A DNA stretch of 55,830 bases from Methanoregula sp. (GTDB taxonomy: Archaea > Halobacteriota > Methanomicrobia > Methanomicrobiales > Methanospirillaceae): positions 1 through 55,830 of the forward strand of contig DATEXZ010000070.1 in assembly GCA_035256445.1 (NCBI GenBank), given 5' to 3'. This document shows positions 29,212-39,646 of the stretch, piece by piece (the first letter of the stretch is position 1; the number at the start of each line of letters is the position of its first letter). The notes under the pieces are model-generated. The model did not search any database, had not been told where the DNA came from, and saw only the letters and a program-made list of their open reading frames with translations. The translations under genes and the position numbers were made by a program.

Positions 29212-29341
29212 GGAATTTTCAGGATTAAAAAAAGCCCTGTTAATGGAGTATGTATCCTTTGAATTTTCACTTGCCGTTCGGGAAGAACTCCTGATGCAGT
29301 TCCGCCTTGTTTAATAATCTTATAACCGATAATTCCCTTCC

Positions 29342-30061
29342 ATGGACAAACCTGCGATTGTATTTTCTGTCATCTGCATCGTGCTGATACTGCTGGGCGG
29401 GTGCACAGCAGTTACTCCCCCATCCCCGAATGCAACAACTATCATTACTCCGGTTACTACGGCTGTAACTACAATTCCCCTTGAAAACCAGACCTGTACT
29501 GCTGATACTGACTGCGTACCGGCCCAGTGCTGTCACCCGACAAGCTGCATGAACCAGGCATCAGTCCATGTATGCAATTTACTCTGTACTGCCTCCTGCG
29601 AGGGACCGCTGGACTGCGGTGCCGGCAGGTGCGGGTGCGTGAACGGGATATGTTCGGTCATTCCTTCGGTTTCTATTACCAAAGTATCTCATACTTCCCT
29701 GCGGCTTACAGCGAGCCCACAACGTTACTCTCCCCTGATGTCATCGACCGTTGGTGTCGGGATTGACGTGAATGCGAGTGGGTTTGACCCCGCAGATGCG
29801 ATAATTACGTGGAACGCCACGTACGGGTACTTCCTGTCCTGGGGGCCGGTGAATTACACAGTACAGGAGCGGGGAAATCCGGTTACCAACCATGGAGAAA
29901 AGCTTTACTGGTCGTTTATTGAAAAACCCCTGTCAACGTCTGAACCGGTCATTGTTACCGTGACGGCAGCAGATCCAGCTACAGGCCAGGTCCTGGGCAG
30001 CTCTTCGATAACTCTTGACTGGGACTCGGATTTCTGGGTTGTTGTCAGGAATCACACATAA
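29342..30061 (+). CDS. Lipoprotein with cysteine-cluster domain
   Basis: LLGGC signal, Thr-rich linker, 12 Cys in about 53 aa, followed by a beta-rich domain. Confidence 0.78.
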   Translation: MDKPAIVFSVICIVLILLGGCTAVTPPSPNATTIITPVTTAVTTIPLENQTCTADTDCVPAQCCHPTSCMNQASVHVCNLLCTASCEGPLDCGAGRCGCVNGICSVIPSVSITKVSHTSLRLTASPQRYSPLMSSTVGVGIDVNASGFDPADAIITWNATYGYFLSWGPVNYTVQERGNPVTNHGEKLYWSFIEKPLSTSEPVIVTVTAADPATGQVLGSSSITLDWDSDFWVVVRNHT

Positions 30062-30073
30062 AAATCCTGTCCA

Positions 30074-30210
30074 GGCTCTGGAGAAATTATCATTTTTAAC
30101 ATTCTTGGGGGCTTTGCCCCCGCCACTGTGGCATCCCCTGTGTGATATCTGTGGAAATCCGTTGCAATCTAACTAACCATAATTCACATAAGAGCGAGGT
30201 TTTCTCGAGA
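30074..30210 (+). repeat. Dispersed structured intergenic repeat, family A copy 2
   Basis: Matches 22057-22195. Confidence 0.88.
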
Positions 30211-30361
30211 GCCCGGTTCAACCAATGCTAATAATCCCTCTGAAAGTGGACTGATCAGACCAGAAAATGCAGGTAAAATGTCTGATAACCTTGTTTGAAA
30301 ATCGTTTCGGTTCCTTAAAACCCTGTTGGGGCGGGAATAAAGAGGTGCCATCATCAGTATA

Positions 30362-31006
30362 TCAGTCCAAGCTATCCCGGATATACTCCAGCGCAGCAAC
30401 CGCATCCTCTCTCTTCTGGTCGCATGCACCGCTGGTGACCCAGTTCAGGAAACGCTCACCTGCCTTTTCATCCATCGTATCGCCTGCACCGGCCACTATT
30501 GCCCGGTAGGTACGCTTTGGGTAGAACAGGGAACGGGCTGAAATGAGGAGGGCATCATGTGCATCCGGATCGATAATCCCGGTATCCCGTGCCAGCTTCA
30601 GGGTGAACCTGATATTGATGAGCGGCTCTGAGAGCGCAAGGCCTGAAGACGGATCGAATACCAGGGCCACTTCATCGTCAGACTCCAGTTCGCCGCTCTT
30701 ATACATCCGGTATATTTCACCGATGCCCACCATCCCAAGGGTGTCCATCTCTGCGGCCCTGAGTGCACCCATGCTCGATGCCCCGATTACTTGTATCCCA
30801 TGTTTTATTGCTGCAAGGATCTCCCGGTGAGCAACAGCAGATTCCTGGTGAAAGACACCATCGATCAGCCCGATGATAGTCGCGCCATCCCTGGCTGCTG
30901 CAATAAGGTCGCCTCGTTTTGCCGGCGGGCGGTACTCTGCGGGAAGGATCTTTTCTGCCGCTGATTGTTCAAGACTGGGGCCGAGAAAGACGATGATCTT
31001 TTGCAT
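30362..31006 (-). CDS. tfuA: TfuA, McrA-glycine thioamidation protein
   Basis: VFLGPSL, PPAKRGDL, IDGVF, HREIL, GASSMGALRAAE, DDEVA, DQKREDA motifs; ATG at 31006. Confidence 0.95.
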   Translation of the reverse strand: MQKIIVFLGPSLEQSAAEKILPAEYRPPAKRGDLIAAARDGATIIGLIDGVFHQESAVAHREILAAIKHGIQVIGASSMGALRAAEMDTLGMVGIGEIYRMYKSGELESDDEVALVFDPSSGLALSEPLINIRFTLKLARDTGIIDPDAHDALLISARSLFYPKRTYRAIVAGAGDTMDEKAGERFLNWVTSGACDQKREDAVAALEYIRDSLD

Positions 31007-32183
31007 TGTCCGCCCTCTGCCCCCGCCGCTCCGGGTCCATCGCAAAGATTTCGAGCCCCGGAACAATTACCCTGACGACCGGAATCCCGATCTCCTCACG
31101 GGTGAGGTCGACCACGATAACCCGGTCGAGTCCCTGTTTTCTCAGTGCTTCGATGATGAACCGGATATCGGTGAGGAAATCATCGCTGTCACAGGATGCG
31201 ATCCGGTTATAGTCTTCGACACCGTTATCCCTGAACCAGTACGCATTTATCCGCTTTGCACGGTCATACCCCATCTTTTTGCGAAGTTCGGCGATGGTAG
31301 TATCCTCTCTTGCACCGTGGATCTGGGTCAGGCGGCTCTGGGCAACCTCGGTGAGCGCACGCATCACGGCAATCCGTGCGCTCGTATGGGTGCCGATACC
31401 GATGGTGAGGAGCATCGGATCCTTGAGCAGGACATCATCAGCGACTGCAGCCATAGTCGGTATCCCGATATCGCTGGTGATATCCCTCACCCGCACATCA
31501 ACCTGTGCATCGGCAAATTTCTTCTGCATCCCGAGGCAGGCTGTATCATCGATATTGACAACGGATGCCCCGGTATCCCGCGAGGCTTCGACAAGCGACC
31601 ATGCATCCCGTTCGATGACCTCGCAAAGGGCATGGAAGACCGCCTCCTCCAGGGTATTTCCGGATGCGAGCCCGTTGGTATTGGTGCGGAAGAGCTGCCG
31701 GTACTTCTGGGGGAGCGGGTGGAAGACGGCGTGTGCAGGGACAAAAACCGCTTCATCATCATTGGCGATATCGAACCCTTCAACCCAGGGAAGCGCCCGA
31801 TCCAGATCCGGGTCTTTGGGAAGGATCAGATCTTTTGGATCCAGCACCCGCCCGTGTGCGAACATCTCCATATAGGGTGCAAAGTGAACCCTGCGGTCAT
31901 GCAGCTCCGAAGAATACCGCTCAATCCCTTCCATGATCGCCGATATCCGTGATTCCTCTACCGTCGCACCTTTACCGTTATATACCGTGATAGCCCCGGC
32001 TTCGGCAGTCGGGCGGATGCAGGAGAAGACCGGTATACCGATCCGGTCCAGATTGGTGATATCAGCAACTCTTGTAATTCCTGCGGCTGGCACTTTGGGT
32101 TCAATGCGTGCGAGAGTCTCATCGAGGGGAGCAGCACGCTGCGTCTCAATATTGTAGGTCTTTTTACAGGATTTCAACTGCAT
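30969..32183 (-). CDS. ycaO: YcaO, McrA-glycine thioamidation protein
   Basis: GITRVADITNLDRIGIPV, YNGKG, SAIME..ER, TNGLASGN, EVIERDA, EVAQSR...HGARED; adjacent to tfuA. Confidence 0.95.
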   Translation of the reverse strand: MQLKSCKKTYNIETQRAAPLDETLARIEPKVPAAGITRVADITNLDRIGIPVFSCIRPTAEAGAITVYNGKGATVEESRISAIMEGIERYSSELHDRRVHFAPYMEMFAHGRVLDPKDLILPKDPDLDRALPWVEGFDIANDDEAVFVPAHAVFHPLPQKYRQLFRTNTNGLASGNTLEEAVFHALCEVIERDAWSLVEASRDTGASVVNIDDTACLGMQKKFADAQVDVRVRDITSDIGIPTMAAVADDVLLKDPMLLTIGIGTHTSARIAVMRALTEVAQSRLTQIHGAREDTTIAELRKKMGYDRAKRINAYWFRDNGVEDYNRIASCDSDDFLTDIRFIIEALRKQGLDRVIVVDLTREEIGIPVVRVIVPGLEIFAMDPERRGQRADNAKDHRLSRPQS

Positions 32184-32943
32184 GGGGGTCACCGTTCTCT
32201 GGTGAAGTCTGAAAGAAATGCCGGGTTCGTACGGGAATCTTATGTCGGGTTATTACTAAAAATATTCCGTGCCGGGGTTTATACACTTTGATTTGGGACG
32301 GTCAAATGGCAGGACATTTCCTATCGATAAAATGATGGTATCTCAGGAGATTAAAGAACAGACCGTGCAGGATTCTGCCCTGGCCGGGAATAGCATTTTG
32401 AACAGCCTGAGCATGGACCAGGTAAATACCAGACAAAAGGGAACGAGAAGGAAATATTCCAGTGTTTTTTCCGTGCAGGGTAAGCACGGTGCGAATATCG
32501 ATAATAAAAGGTACCAGTTCATTGCGGTTGAAACAATCACACAGAATAGGTATGCCATCATTTCGCCAAACGTCGGTGAGGAATTATCAGGCATAATGAT
32601 GTTTTATAAATCAATCGATGATTGTTCTTCGGATCAGCGGTTAAAAAAAGGAATTTCCACAAGGAGGGTAATGGAAGAAGTGAATGACCGGATTGGGATC
32701 CGGGGTGATCGAGTTCAAAAAAGTGGTTAATTATTTCCAGTACGTTTAACGTCTATGAGTAAAAAGATCACTACAAATGCCAGCTCCCGCACCGATTTTA
32801 TCCCTCATCGAACGTTTTGAATTTCATCGCCAGGCATGGTCTGTACCTGCATCAATCCATTTTTTTATCTCGGTTTAGTCTGGTCAAAGCATCAGACTTA
32901 GGTCTATCACAACAGTGATTATCCGGACAGTATACCATACTTC

Positions 32944-33513
32944 ATGGACGACCAAGCTGAGCACTATTATAAGGAAGGTTCTGATTTTTTCAAAAACGGT
33001 CATTATCCCGAAGCCCTTGCCTCGTGCGACAAAGCGATTGCCATCAACACGAATTATGCCGAAGCGTGGAACGGTCGCGGCGTGGCGCTCGGTGAGCTCG
33101 GCCGGCCTGCCGAAGCGCTCGACTCGTATGACAAGGCAATTGCCATCCAGCCGGATTACGCCGATGCGTGGAACAACCGCGGGTGGGCACTCGTTGAACT
33201 CGGCCGGGATGCCGAAGCGGTCGCCTCATATGACAAAGGTCTTGCCATAACTCCGGATGACGCCAGTGCGTGGTTCATCCGCGGGGCCGAGCTGGGTATT
33301 CTCGGACGGCCTGCCGAAGCCCTCGCATCTTTTGATAAGGCCATCGCCATCAACCCGGATGATGCCTATGCATGGAACTTCCGCGGCGTCGCGCTCCATG
33401 AACTCGGAAGGTATACAGAAGCGGTTGCCTCGTATGACAAGGCGATTGCCATCAACCCCGATTATGCCGAAGTAAAACAGAACCGGAAAATTGCTCTTAA
33501 GAAACAGGCATAG
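32944..33513 (+). CDS. TPR repeat protein
   Basis: Near-consensus 34-aa TPRs (AWNGRGVAL.ELGR.AEAL.SYDKAIAI.PD). Confidence 0.92.
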   Translation: MDDQAEHYYKEGSDFFKNGHYPEALASCDKAIAINTNYAEAWNGRGVALGELGRPAEALDSYDKAIAIQPDYADAWNNRGWALVELGRDAEAVASYDKGLAITPDDASAWFIRGAELGILGRPAEALASFDKAIAINPDDAYAWNFRGVALHELGRYTEAVASYDKAIAINPDYAEVKQNRKIALKKQA

Positions 33514-34084
33514 CCTGCCCGACTTATGTGTGTCCCGACAGGAACAACTGATCTGATTCCAGGATCTCAGTAGGGAGTCGTTGTCGGGGGTCTCCCTTTC
33601 TCCGGTGATCTTGTTTTTTTATTGACTCACCTGCCAGAGGGAACGGGGCTGTCTCTCCCTCTATCCATTTTTTTACTAAAAACCCACTCTTTTGAAGATC
33701 AATGGGAAAAAAAGAACCTCATATCCGCGTTCTGGAAGGGTTTGTGATAGCCGGTGGAATAAACCAAGAGGTAAAACCAGCAGGGTTCAAGAGGCTTCAC
33801 GAGCCGCTATCTGAGGTGCAAACCTGCCGTATTTTGCCAAACAGTGCAATAATTGGGCGCATTCTCCACACGAACAGAAACGGAGAGCTTTACGGGTTTT
33901 TTCGATAGGGCAGATGAAAATCAATGAGAGAATCGGAGCCCTATTCGGGCTTATTTCACCCGATCTCAGCAAAGCATCAGGGAGGTGAATACAACTCTGA
34001 CTAATCTAACCGAACGTTAGTCCGGGTAAAAATGTCCTGAATCACAACAACGATTAACCATAAACAATATCATGTAAAAATAGC

Positions 34085-34906
34085 ATGAGAAACTATTCCG
34101 GAATAATTCTTGCTTTCCTCGTTACAGCGATTATTTTTACCGCTGGCTGTACAAACCAGCCCGCACCTGAAGTGTCCGTTCCGTCAACATTCTCCACAAC
34201 CCCGGTGCCGACCACTGCCAGCCCGCCAGTAACAACCACCACGATAATTCCAACAACGTCACCTGAGGCCACAACAACTCCGGCTGTCATCCCAACGGAG
34301 ACGACTCTCCCCCCACCGGCAGATCCTACCGATGTGTCCCAGATTACATTCGAATTTTACTATGACAACGACTTCAGCGTTGAGTATCCGTCTACCTGGA
34401 CAATAGATACTCCGACGGACACTCCCTACCCCGTCGGCCCGTTTTATGTATTCAACGATCCGCGTTTCAGAACACCGTACCGTTTCGTCACGATTACAAG
34501 CCCGGATAATACCAAAAAATTCGTCGCACTCATCAAGGATTTCGAAAGAGCCGGAACGTTCACCCTTAATCCTACCATTGAACGGTACAGGGAAATGTTT
34601 CAAAGAGATTACCGGGATTTATCCGCAGCAAACTACCTGGGCAACTACAAATTTTTTGCAAGCGGAACAGGGATGGCAGCAAGCTATGATGTCACATTAC
34701 CGGAAGGTGCAACATACTTCCCATCGGCATATACCATAAAAACGGTCGTTTCCCAGCGCCGTGAATACAATTTTGGATTTTTCACCGATACGGAGAATTT
34801 CAACAAATACCGTAACCTGAAGGAAATAATGATCTCATCAGTGAGAATTCCTGAAACCGAAATACATACTATTTCTCCAGACGGTAATAATACGACAATT
34901 CTATAA
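34085..34906 (+). CDS. Lipoprotein, PsbP-like C-terminal domain
   Basis: FTAGC signal, Pro/Thr linker, FSVEYPSTW motif, ...IMISSVRI. Confidence 0.75.
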   Translation: MRNYSGIILAFLVTAIIFTAGCTNQPAPEVSVPSTFSTTPVPTTASPPVTTTTIIPTTSPEATTTPAVIPTETTLPPPADPTDVSQITFEFYYDNDFSVEYPSTWTIDTPTDTPYPVGPFYVFNDPRFRTPYRFVTITSPDNTKKFVALIKDFERAGTFTLNPTIERYREMFQRDYRDLSAANYLGNYKFFASGTGMAASYDVTLPEGATYFPSAYTIKTVVSQRREYNFGFFTDTENFNKYRNLKEIMISSVRIPETEIHTISPDGNNTTIL

Positions 34907-35468
34907 TTCTGGCTCTTTTCAGAACCTGACCAATATGTGATAAGATGAGCACGGGAAGATACATCCTGATCTCCCCAATCCTGCCTCCGTTTCGGTCCGA
35001 TGTGAAGACGATCTGATTGTATGCCCCATAATGCCCTTCCTGTCCCTTTGACCGTGCTACCTATCCAGCCACCCTGAGTTTTGCCCTCCATTAGCGTACA
35101 TTAGCGTTTTATATCTCAAAGGAAATCGCCCAGTTTGGCGTAAATCGAGCGGAAAACGCGTTCCTGGAAAAAGTGTGTAAAACTGCATCGTTTTTTGCAA
35201 CAAAAACAAGAAAAGTCAGTACCCGGGAAAGATGTCACCGTCGGAGAATGTACGTGAGTGAATGCATGTCCCTGATACGCTGGATCATGTCTTTCAGCGG
35301 AAACCCCTCCTGAATCTATCGTCGTCGGATGGATAACCATCAGGCAAAAACAGCTAGGTTCCGGGAGCCTGAAGGACCCCTTAGTCAGGATGAGCTGAGA
35401 AGGTTTGCTCACGACCAAAGAGTAAACCAGCTAAGAGTATTTAATCTCCGGGGGAAATACTCCACACG

Positions 35469-35810
35469 ATGGACTACCTCTATACCTTCCTGAAATTTAT
35501 TATCGGCGGAAGTATCATTGTCGGGGTGACCGTGCTCGCCGAGCATATAGATCCCCGGTATGGCGGCATACTGGCTGCGGCGCCGATGATCACGACACTT
35601 GCGTTCCTCTTCACCTGGTCTGAGGCAGGGAGGCAGACAGCCCAGGAACTTGTCATTTCGACATTCTGGTTTGTGATCCCCACCATGGTGTTCCTGCTGG
35701 CATTCTATTTCCTGATGTCCCGGTTCAGTCTCCTCATGACCCTTGGCGGGGCATACGGAATCTGGATTGGGGCCACGCTCGTCACGAATCATCTCCTTCC
35801 CAGAATATAA
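35469..35810 (+). CDS. DUF3147/GlpM-like small membrane protein
   Basis: LKFIIGGSIIVG...YGGILAAAP motif; four TM segments. Confidence 0.8.
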   Translation: MDYLYTFLKFIIGGSIIVGVTVLAEHIDPRYGGILAAAPMITTLAFLFTWSEAGRQTAQELVISTFWFVIPTMVFLLAFYFLMSRFSLLMTLGGAYGIWIGATLVTNHLLPRI

Positions 35811-36057
35811 GGGAAAACCCTCAGAACAATTTTCGATGTTCAGGTGCTTTTTGTCCAGTCGATCGTCAGGAAGAGTATAAGAGGCTTGGTTTTTTCCTGA
35901 ATTTTTAATAAAATTATCCCGGATTCGTGAGCTGCAGAACTTGAAACGGTGATGCCGGATACATCTGGCACCATTAACCGTACTCGTGAATGAACGGTGA
36001 AGAATAAACTCCGCTGTTCATACAACTATTAATTCCTTGAAGAAGTACAGTCACAGT

Positions 36058-36657
36058 ATGAAAATCCCGCTGCTTCTTGCAATCGCCCTGATTTTTTTCA
36101 TTCTGGTAACCGGGTGTACGCAACAAACTACCTCCGGCAGCCCTGTCCCTCCCGTCAAGACAAGCCAGCCTGTTGTTTCCGGAGTTCCAACACCTTTATC
36201 CACATCAACTATTACTCCGGCACCCACGCCAACTCCAACCTCAACCCCGACCTCGGCATTTCCTGAGAGTCCCGGACTGACCACTCTGGTAACGGTCAGC
36301 GGCCAGTCGGGCAAGACGTCGGATACCTTTTCTGTCCCGACCGGGTACTGGGAGCTCTGGTATACAGCAGATCCGCTTACTGCAGGAGGACAGGATTCAG
36401 TCTCGGCGTCGGGATCGAACTCTGCGGTTTTTCCGTATCTTTCGATTCAGGTCATCGATAAAACAAATTCCGATACGGTTGTGGAGACAATAGAACCCCC
36501 CGGGGGACTTGACAAAACCCTCTGGACAAAATCAGGTATCGATCCCCGCCCGTGGAAACAGAAATTCTACGAGGGAAATAAAGAGTATAGTTTTGTGATT
36601 ACGACAAAACACATTAAATCCTATACTCTTGAGGTCCGAATTCCAAAGAGCAGTTAA
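36058..36657 (+). CDS. Hypothetical lipoprotein
   Basis: LVTGC signal and Pro/Thr linker; ATG at 36058. Confidence 0.78.
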   Translation: MKIPLLLAIALIFFILVTGCTQQTTSGSPVPPVKTSQPVVSGVPTPLSTSTITPAPTPTPTSTPTSAFPESPGLTTLVTVSGQSGKTSDTFSVPTGYWELWYTADPLTAGGQDSVSASGSNSAVFPYLSIQVIDKTNSDTVVETIEPPGGLDKTLWTKSGIDPRPWKQKFYEGNKEYSFVITTKHIKSYTLEVRIPKSS

Positions 36658-36816
36658 TAACCAAAGGTAATGGATCAATTCAACCCCAAAAATTTTTTAT
36701 TTTTATGACGGCTTTTCCGAATTAATTTTTGTGACTGAAATTGAAATAAAAAGTCACAAGAATTTTCATGCATCACTTTCTGTGTGATTGAACCTGTATA
36801 CAGGCCTATCGCATTA

Positions 36817-36900
36817 TGGGGGTCGCCACAGCGGCGGGGGCAGAGGCACTGCCGAAGCCCCCTGGAGCGTGATAATTATTTATTGGAGATTATTTACAGA
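36817..36900 (-). repeat. Dispersed structured intergenic repeat, family A divergent copy 3 (inverted)
   Basis: Reverse complement reads gggggcttcggcagtgcctctgcccccgccgctgtggcgaccccc, which keeps both stems with an expanded loop. Confidence 0.7.
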
Positions 36901-37010
36901 AAATTGTACGAAAAAAAAACAGGGCTGAAATAACACTTTACCCATTTTTTATTCTTTCGACTACAGTTTCAAAAAAAAAATTGAATCACGGGACTTGAAC
37001 AGGCGGCGGC

Positions 37011-37027
37011 TTAATGGTCCACTTTCA
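37011..37027 (+). promoter_or_regulatory. TATA-like element plus CACTTTC putative DNA-damage box
   Basis: ttaatggtcCACTTTCa; same 9-nt offset as the copy upstream of radA. Confidence 0.5.
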
Positions 37028-37079
37028 CCCCCCTCAGGCCTGAGCCTTATCCCACCGGATGGAGGAGTGATCCGGTGCT

Positions 37080-37607
37080 ATGTTGATCGAACTCCGCAAG
37101 GGAATGACACTCCATCCCTGCACCTATACCGCGGTAATCGCCCCCGAGAAGGTGATGGTCTCCGCACTCAACACCAACACGGATCTCCAGCGGTTCCTCT
37201 TCCTGTACGTGAGCGGCAATTACTCACGCCTCCTCTCTTCGATCAACCGCTCGTCAAAGAACTTTGAAGTCTGCCGGGCTTTCACGGCTCACCAGCTCTT
37301 CACCATACTGAAAGAGGCGAGTCATACGGTCCTCCTCCTTGAGCACGACCCGACGCTTTTTGAAGGCGGAGAGGAAATGATGCCACAGATTGCGGGCATG
37401 CTCAGGGATATCGGCCGTGAATCGCTCGTGATCCTGTACGCCCCCTCCATCGACCGCTCATTCTCTGTGCTGATGCGGCAGGCTGATCGGATCATCGAGA
37501 TCGCGCCGGCCGACGACCTGGCCGGGACGACACTGCATCGCAGCTACCATTCGCATCGGTACCGGGAAAACCTCCCGTACGCGCAGCGGACTCTGGAGGT
37601 GTCATAA
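37080..37607 (+). CDS. Degenerate RadA/RecA-fold protein of the PolB2-associated type
   Basis: FLYVSGNYSR...RAFTAHQL..IL...VLLLEHDP: a RecA-like RAFT..QL segment with no Walker A. Followed by the MGRS small protein (TAATG overlap). Confidence 0.65.
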   Translation: MLIELRKGMTLHPCTYTAVIAPEKVMVSALNTNTDLQRFLFLYVSGNYSRLLSSINRSSKNFEVCRAFTAHQLFTILKEASHTVLLLEHDPTLFEGGEEMMPQIAGMLRDIGRESLVILYAPSIDRSFSVLMRQADRIIEIAPADDLAGTTLHRSYHSHRYRENLPYAQRTLEVS

Positions 37608-37891
37608 TGGGAAGGAGTTTCGAGAGTGTCCGCCAGGGAGTAAATAGTATTGCCGGCCGCTGGGGCCGGTCATCACGGGCCCTGAAAAAGGAAGACCAGC
37701 AGTACGGCAGCAAACTGGTGGAACTTGCAAAGATGCACTCGAGCGAAGCGTTCATCGGCTGCGATGATCCGCTCGAAGCTGTGGTCTTCTCAGTCCTCGT
37801 AGAGATGATGAAACGCCAGGAAAGGATCGAATTGCACCTGAAGGAAGACGGGATCACTGACCGGAATACCGGAAAGCAGGCTGATTCCTGA
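37607..37891 (+). CDS. Small helical protein resembling the arCOG07300 PolB2-associated family
   Basis: MGRSFESVR...RW...RALKKEDQ...L...AK.H...PLEAVVFSVLVE pattern; GGAGGTG RBS. Confidence 0.7.
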   Translation: MGRSFESVRQGVNSIAGRWGRSSRALKKEDQQYGSKLVELAKMHSSEAFIGCDDPLEAVVFSVLVEMMKRQERIELHLKEDGITDRNTGKQADS

Positions 37892-38287
37892 ACAAAAAGA
37901 AACCTTTTCGCTCTCTGAACCAAAGATGCCAGATCCGAGATGCTCGTTGACCCGCTCTTCTTTTTTTCAGTGACGGAACAATGTTTTCAAAATTCGTTTC
38001 AGAATCTGATGCTGGGAAAAGACTCTATAATATTTCCTTTTCAATATACTGGATGGATAATTTTTGTCCCTGAGATTCATACGAAAAGAAGCGTTGTTAT
38101 CGGGCAAAGATGGACTGGAACTGATTCGTCTGTAGCGACAGGAACATCGGGCTGGAAATCATCGAAAATGTATTGAACATGCAGGTGCAGCATATAAAAT
38201 GCAATTATTTACGATCATGCCTGTCGGGTAACAAAAACCGGGAAAAAAAAGATCCCCGATCTGATTGGCGGAGATCCGGTGTACACC

Positions 38288-38674
38288 ATGGGATTTAAAG
38301 AGTGGCTCTTCGGGAAAAAAAATGATACCCGAAAGGATATTCAGAACAAACCGGTACGGCATCAGGTCTCAAATGAAGTAATAGACGGGCCTTTTGAACT
38401 GTATTGCGGTGACCGTACCAATTTAGGTGTACCAGATGAGATATTTTATAAACTCGACGATCCCGGCAACCTGTTAAGTCTTTCCGGGACTATGATGTTT
38501 TATCATAAAAAAATACGGACGTGTGAAGGACAATGGTATATTCATTACAATTATAAAGGGTCAAGATACCGGAATAAAATTGTCCTTCAGGCAGTTGAAG
38601 GTGGCTTGATCAGATTTGTTTCGCAGGAATTACAAAATGATGCGGTATCGGACTTTTTCTTCCGTCTCAAGTAG
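38288..38674 (+). CDS. Hypothetical protein (AT-rich)
   Basis: MGFKEWLFGKK start; about 128 aa; lower GC than its neighbours. Confidence 0.6.
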   Translation: MGFKEWLFGKKNDTRKDIQNKPVRHQVSNEVIDGPFELYCGDRTNLGVPDEIFYKLDDPGNLLSLSGTMMFYHKKIRTCEGQWYIHYNYKGSRYRNKIVLQAVEGGLIRFVSQELQNDAVSDFFFRLK

Positions 38675-38994
38675 GTGACTTCCTATCCCTGAGATCGTAT
38701 GAGAATGGGTTAATTTACCCGGTCCCTGGCAAGCGGAGACCTGTCTGCGCCACGCTCAATTGCCATGCAAATTTCAATAGAACAGGTAATCGGATAATGA
38801 GGATCCGACAATCTGCCACACCAGAGACCCAGAGGATTTTTCTTTCCCGTGGATTGCGAATGTGGGATCATTTTTTCCGGGGAGTATCTGAAAAAATGGG
38901 ATCCGGGCAGTTGAACAAGGTGGGGTAATCAGCTTATTAGGTGTATGAGACAGGAGAATGCGGGATTCGGTGGGCGACAGGCTGCCTGTTTCAA

Positions 38995-39318
38995 TCATCC
39001 GGATTTACGATCTGCCGGCTTTGAATCTCCGCCAGCTTTTCGGGCTGTTTTAAACAGATTTTTATCCGGCTCTCCGTGTTCGTGACGGTGTATCAACTGT
39101 TTAATCTCTTCACGAGCCTTCTGTTTATCCCTGAATCCGGTGAACAGGATCCTGATATCGTCGATATCATCCTTGAGATATGCTGCTTCGTAATATTCGA
39201 TGAGCACGATCTGGCCGCCAGGTCCGAAATGGTGCTCTTCGCTCTTCCCGGTCAGGTACCGTTCCCTTTGCTCCTTTGTCGGGGCACCATATTTGTCTGT
39301 ATAACGGAAAACGCCCAT
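38995..39318 (-). CDS. Hypothetical protein
   Basis: GGTGA RBS before the ATG; plausible amino-acid composition. Confidence 0.7.
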   Translation of the reverse strand: MGVFRYTDKYGAPTKEQRERYLTGKSEEHHFGPGGQIVLIEYYEAAYLKDDIDDIRILFTGFRDKQKAREEIKQLIHRHEHGEPDKNLFKTARKAGGDSKPADRKSG

Positions 39319-39646
39319 TTTATCACCCGGTTATTATTGCTGTTGTTGTTTGTAAAGATAAATTACCGCACATGGATGACAGTCATCGGGTTGGATTGTT
39401 AAGTCTCTAATGCCATGCATTATTTTTAGCCGGTAATAAACAAATCAGGCATGATTTTTTCTCTTTATAAGGAATAATTTCCATAACCCGGAATGCCTCA
39501 CGTTTTCCTATTTAAAATATTCGCACGGCATTTTCCTCTTGCAAAAACTGTTGCACTACTATTGTGCATATTGATATAAATTGATAAAAATCAGTGAGTT
39601 CTGTCGCGGAAGATTGAGGGAGTGGATCCGTGGCGGGAAGAGAACT

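Noticed and set aside
30241-30251. Third GTCCACTTTCA copy (minus strand)
   Set aside because: No TATA-like element at the 9-nt offset and no credible downstream gene, so treated as chance. The same applies to cactttc at 36774-36780.
30362-32183. YcaO-TfuA as a thioamide RiPP biosynthetic cluster
   Set aside because: In methanogens this pair thioamidates McrA glycine. No precursor peptide, protease or exporter is adjacent.
32269-32730. 153-aa ORF upstream of ycaO
   Set aside because: GTG start with no clear RBS, overlaps the likely ycaO promoter region, and has no motifs. It could be an eroded gene but cannot be supported.
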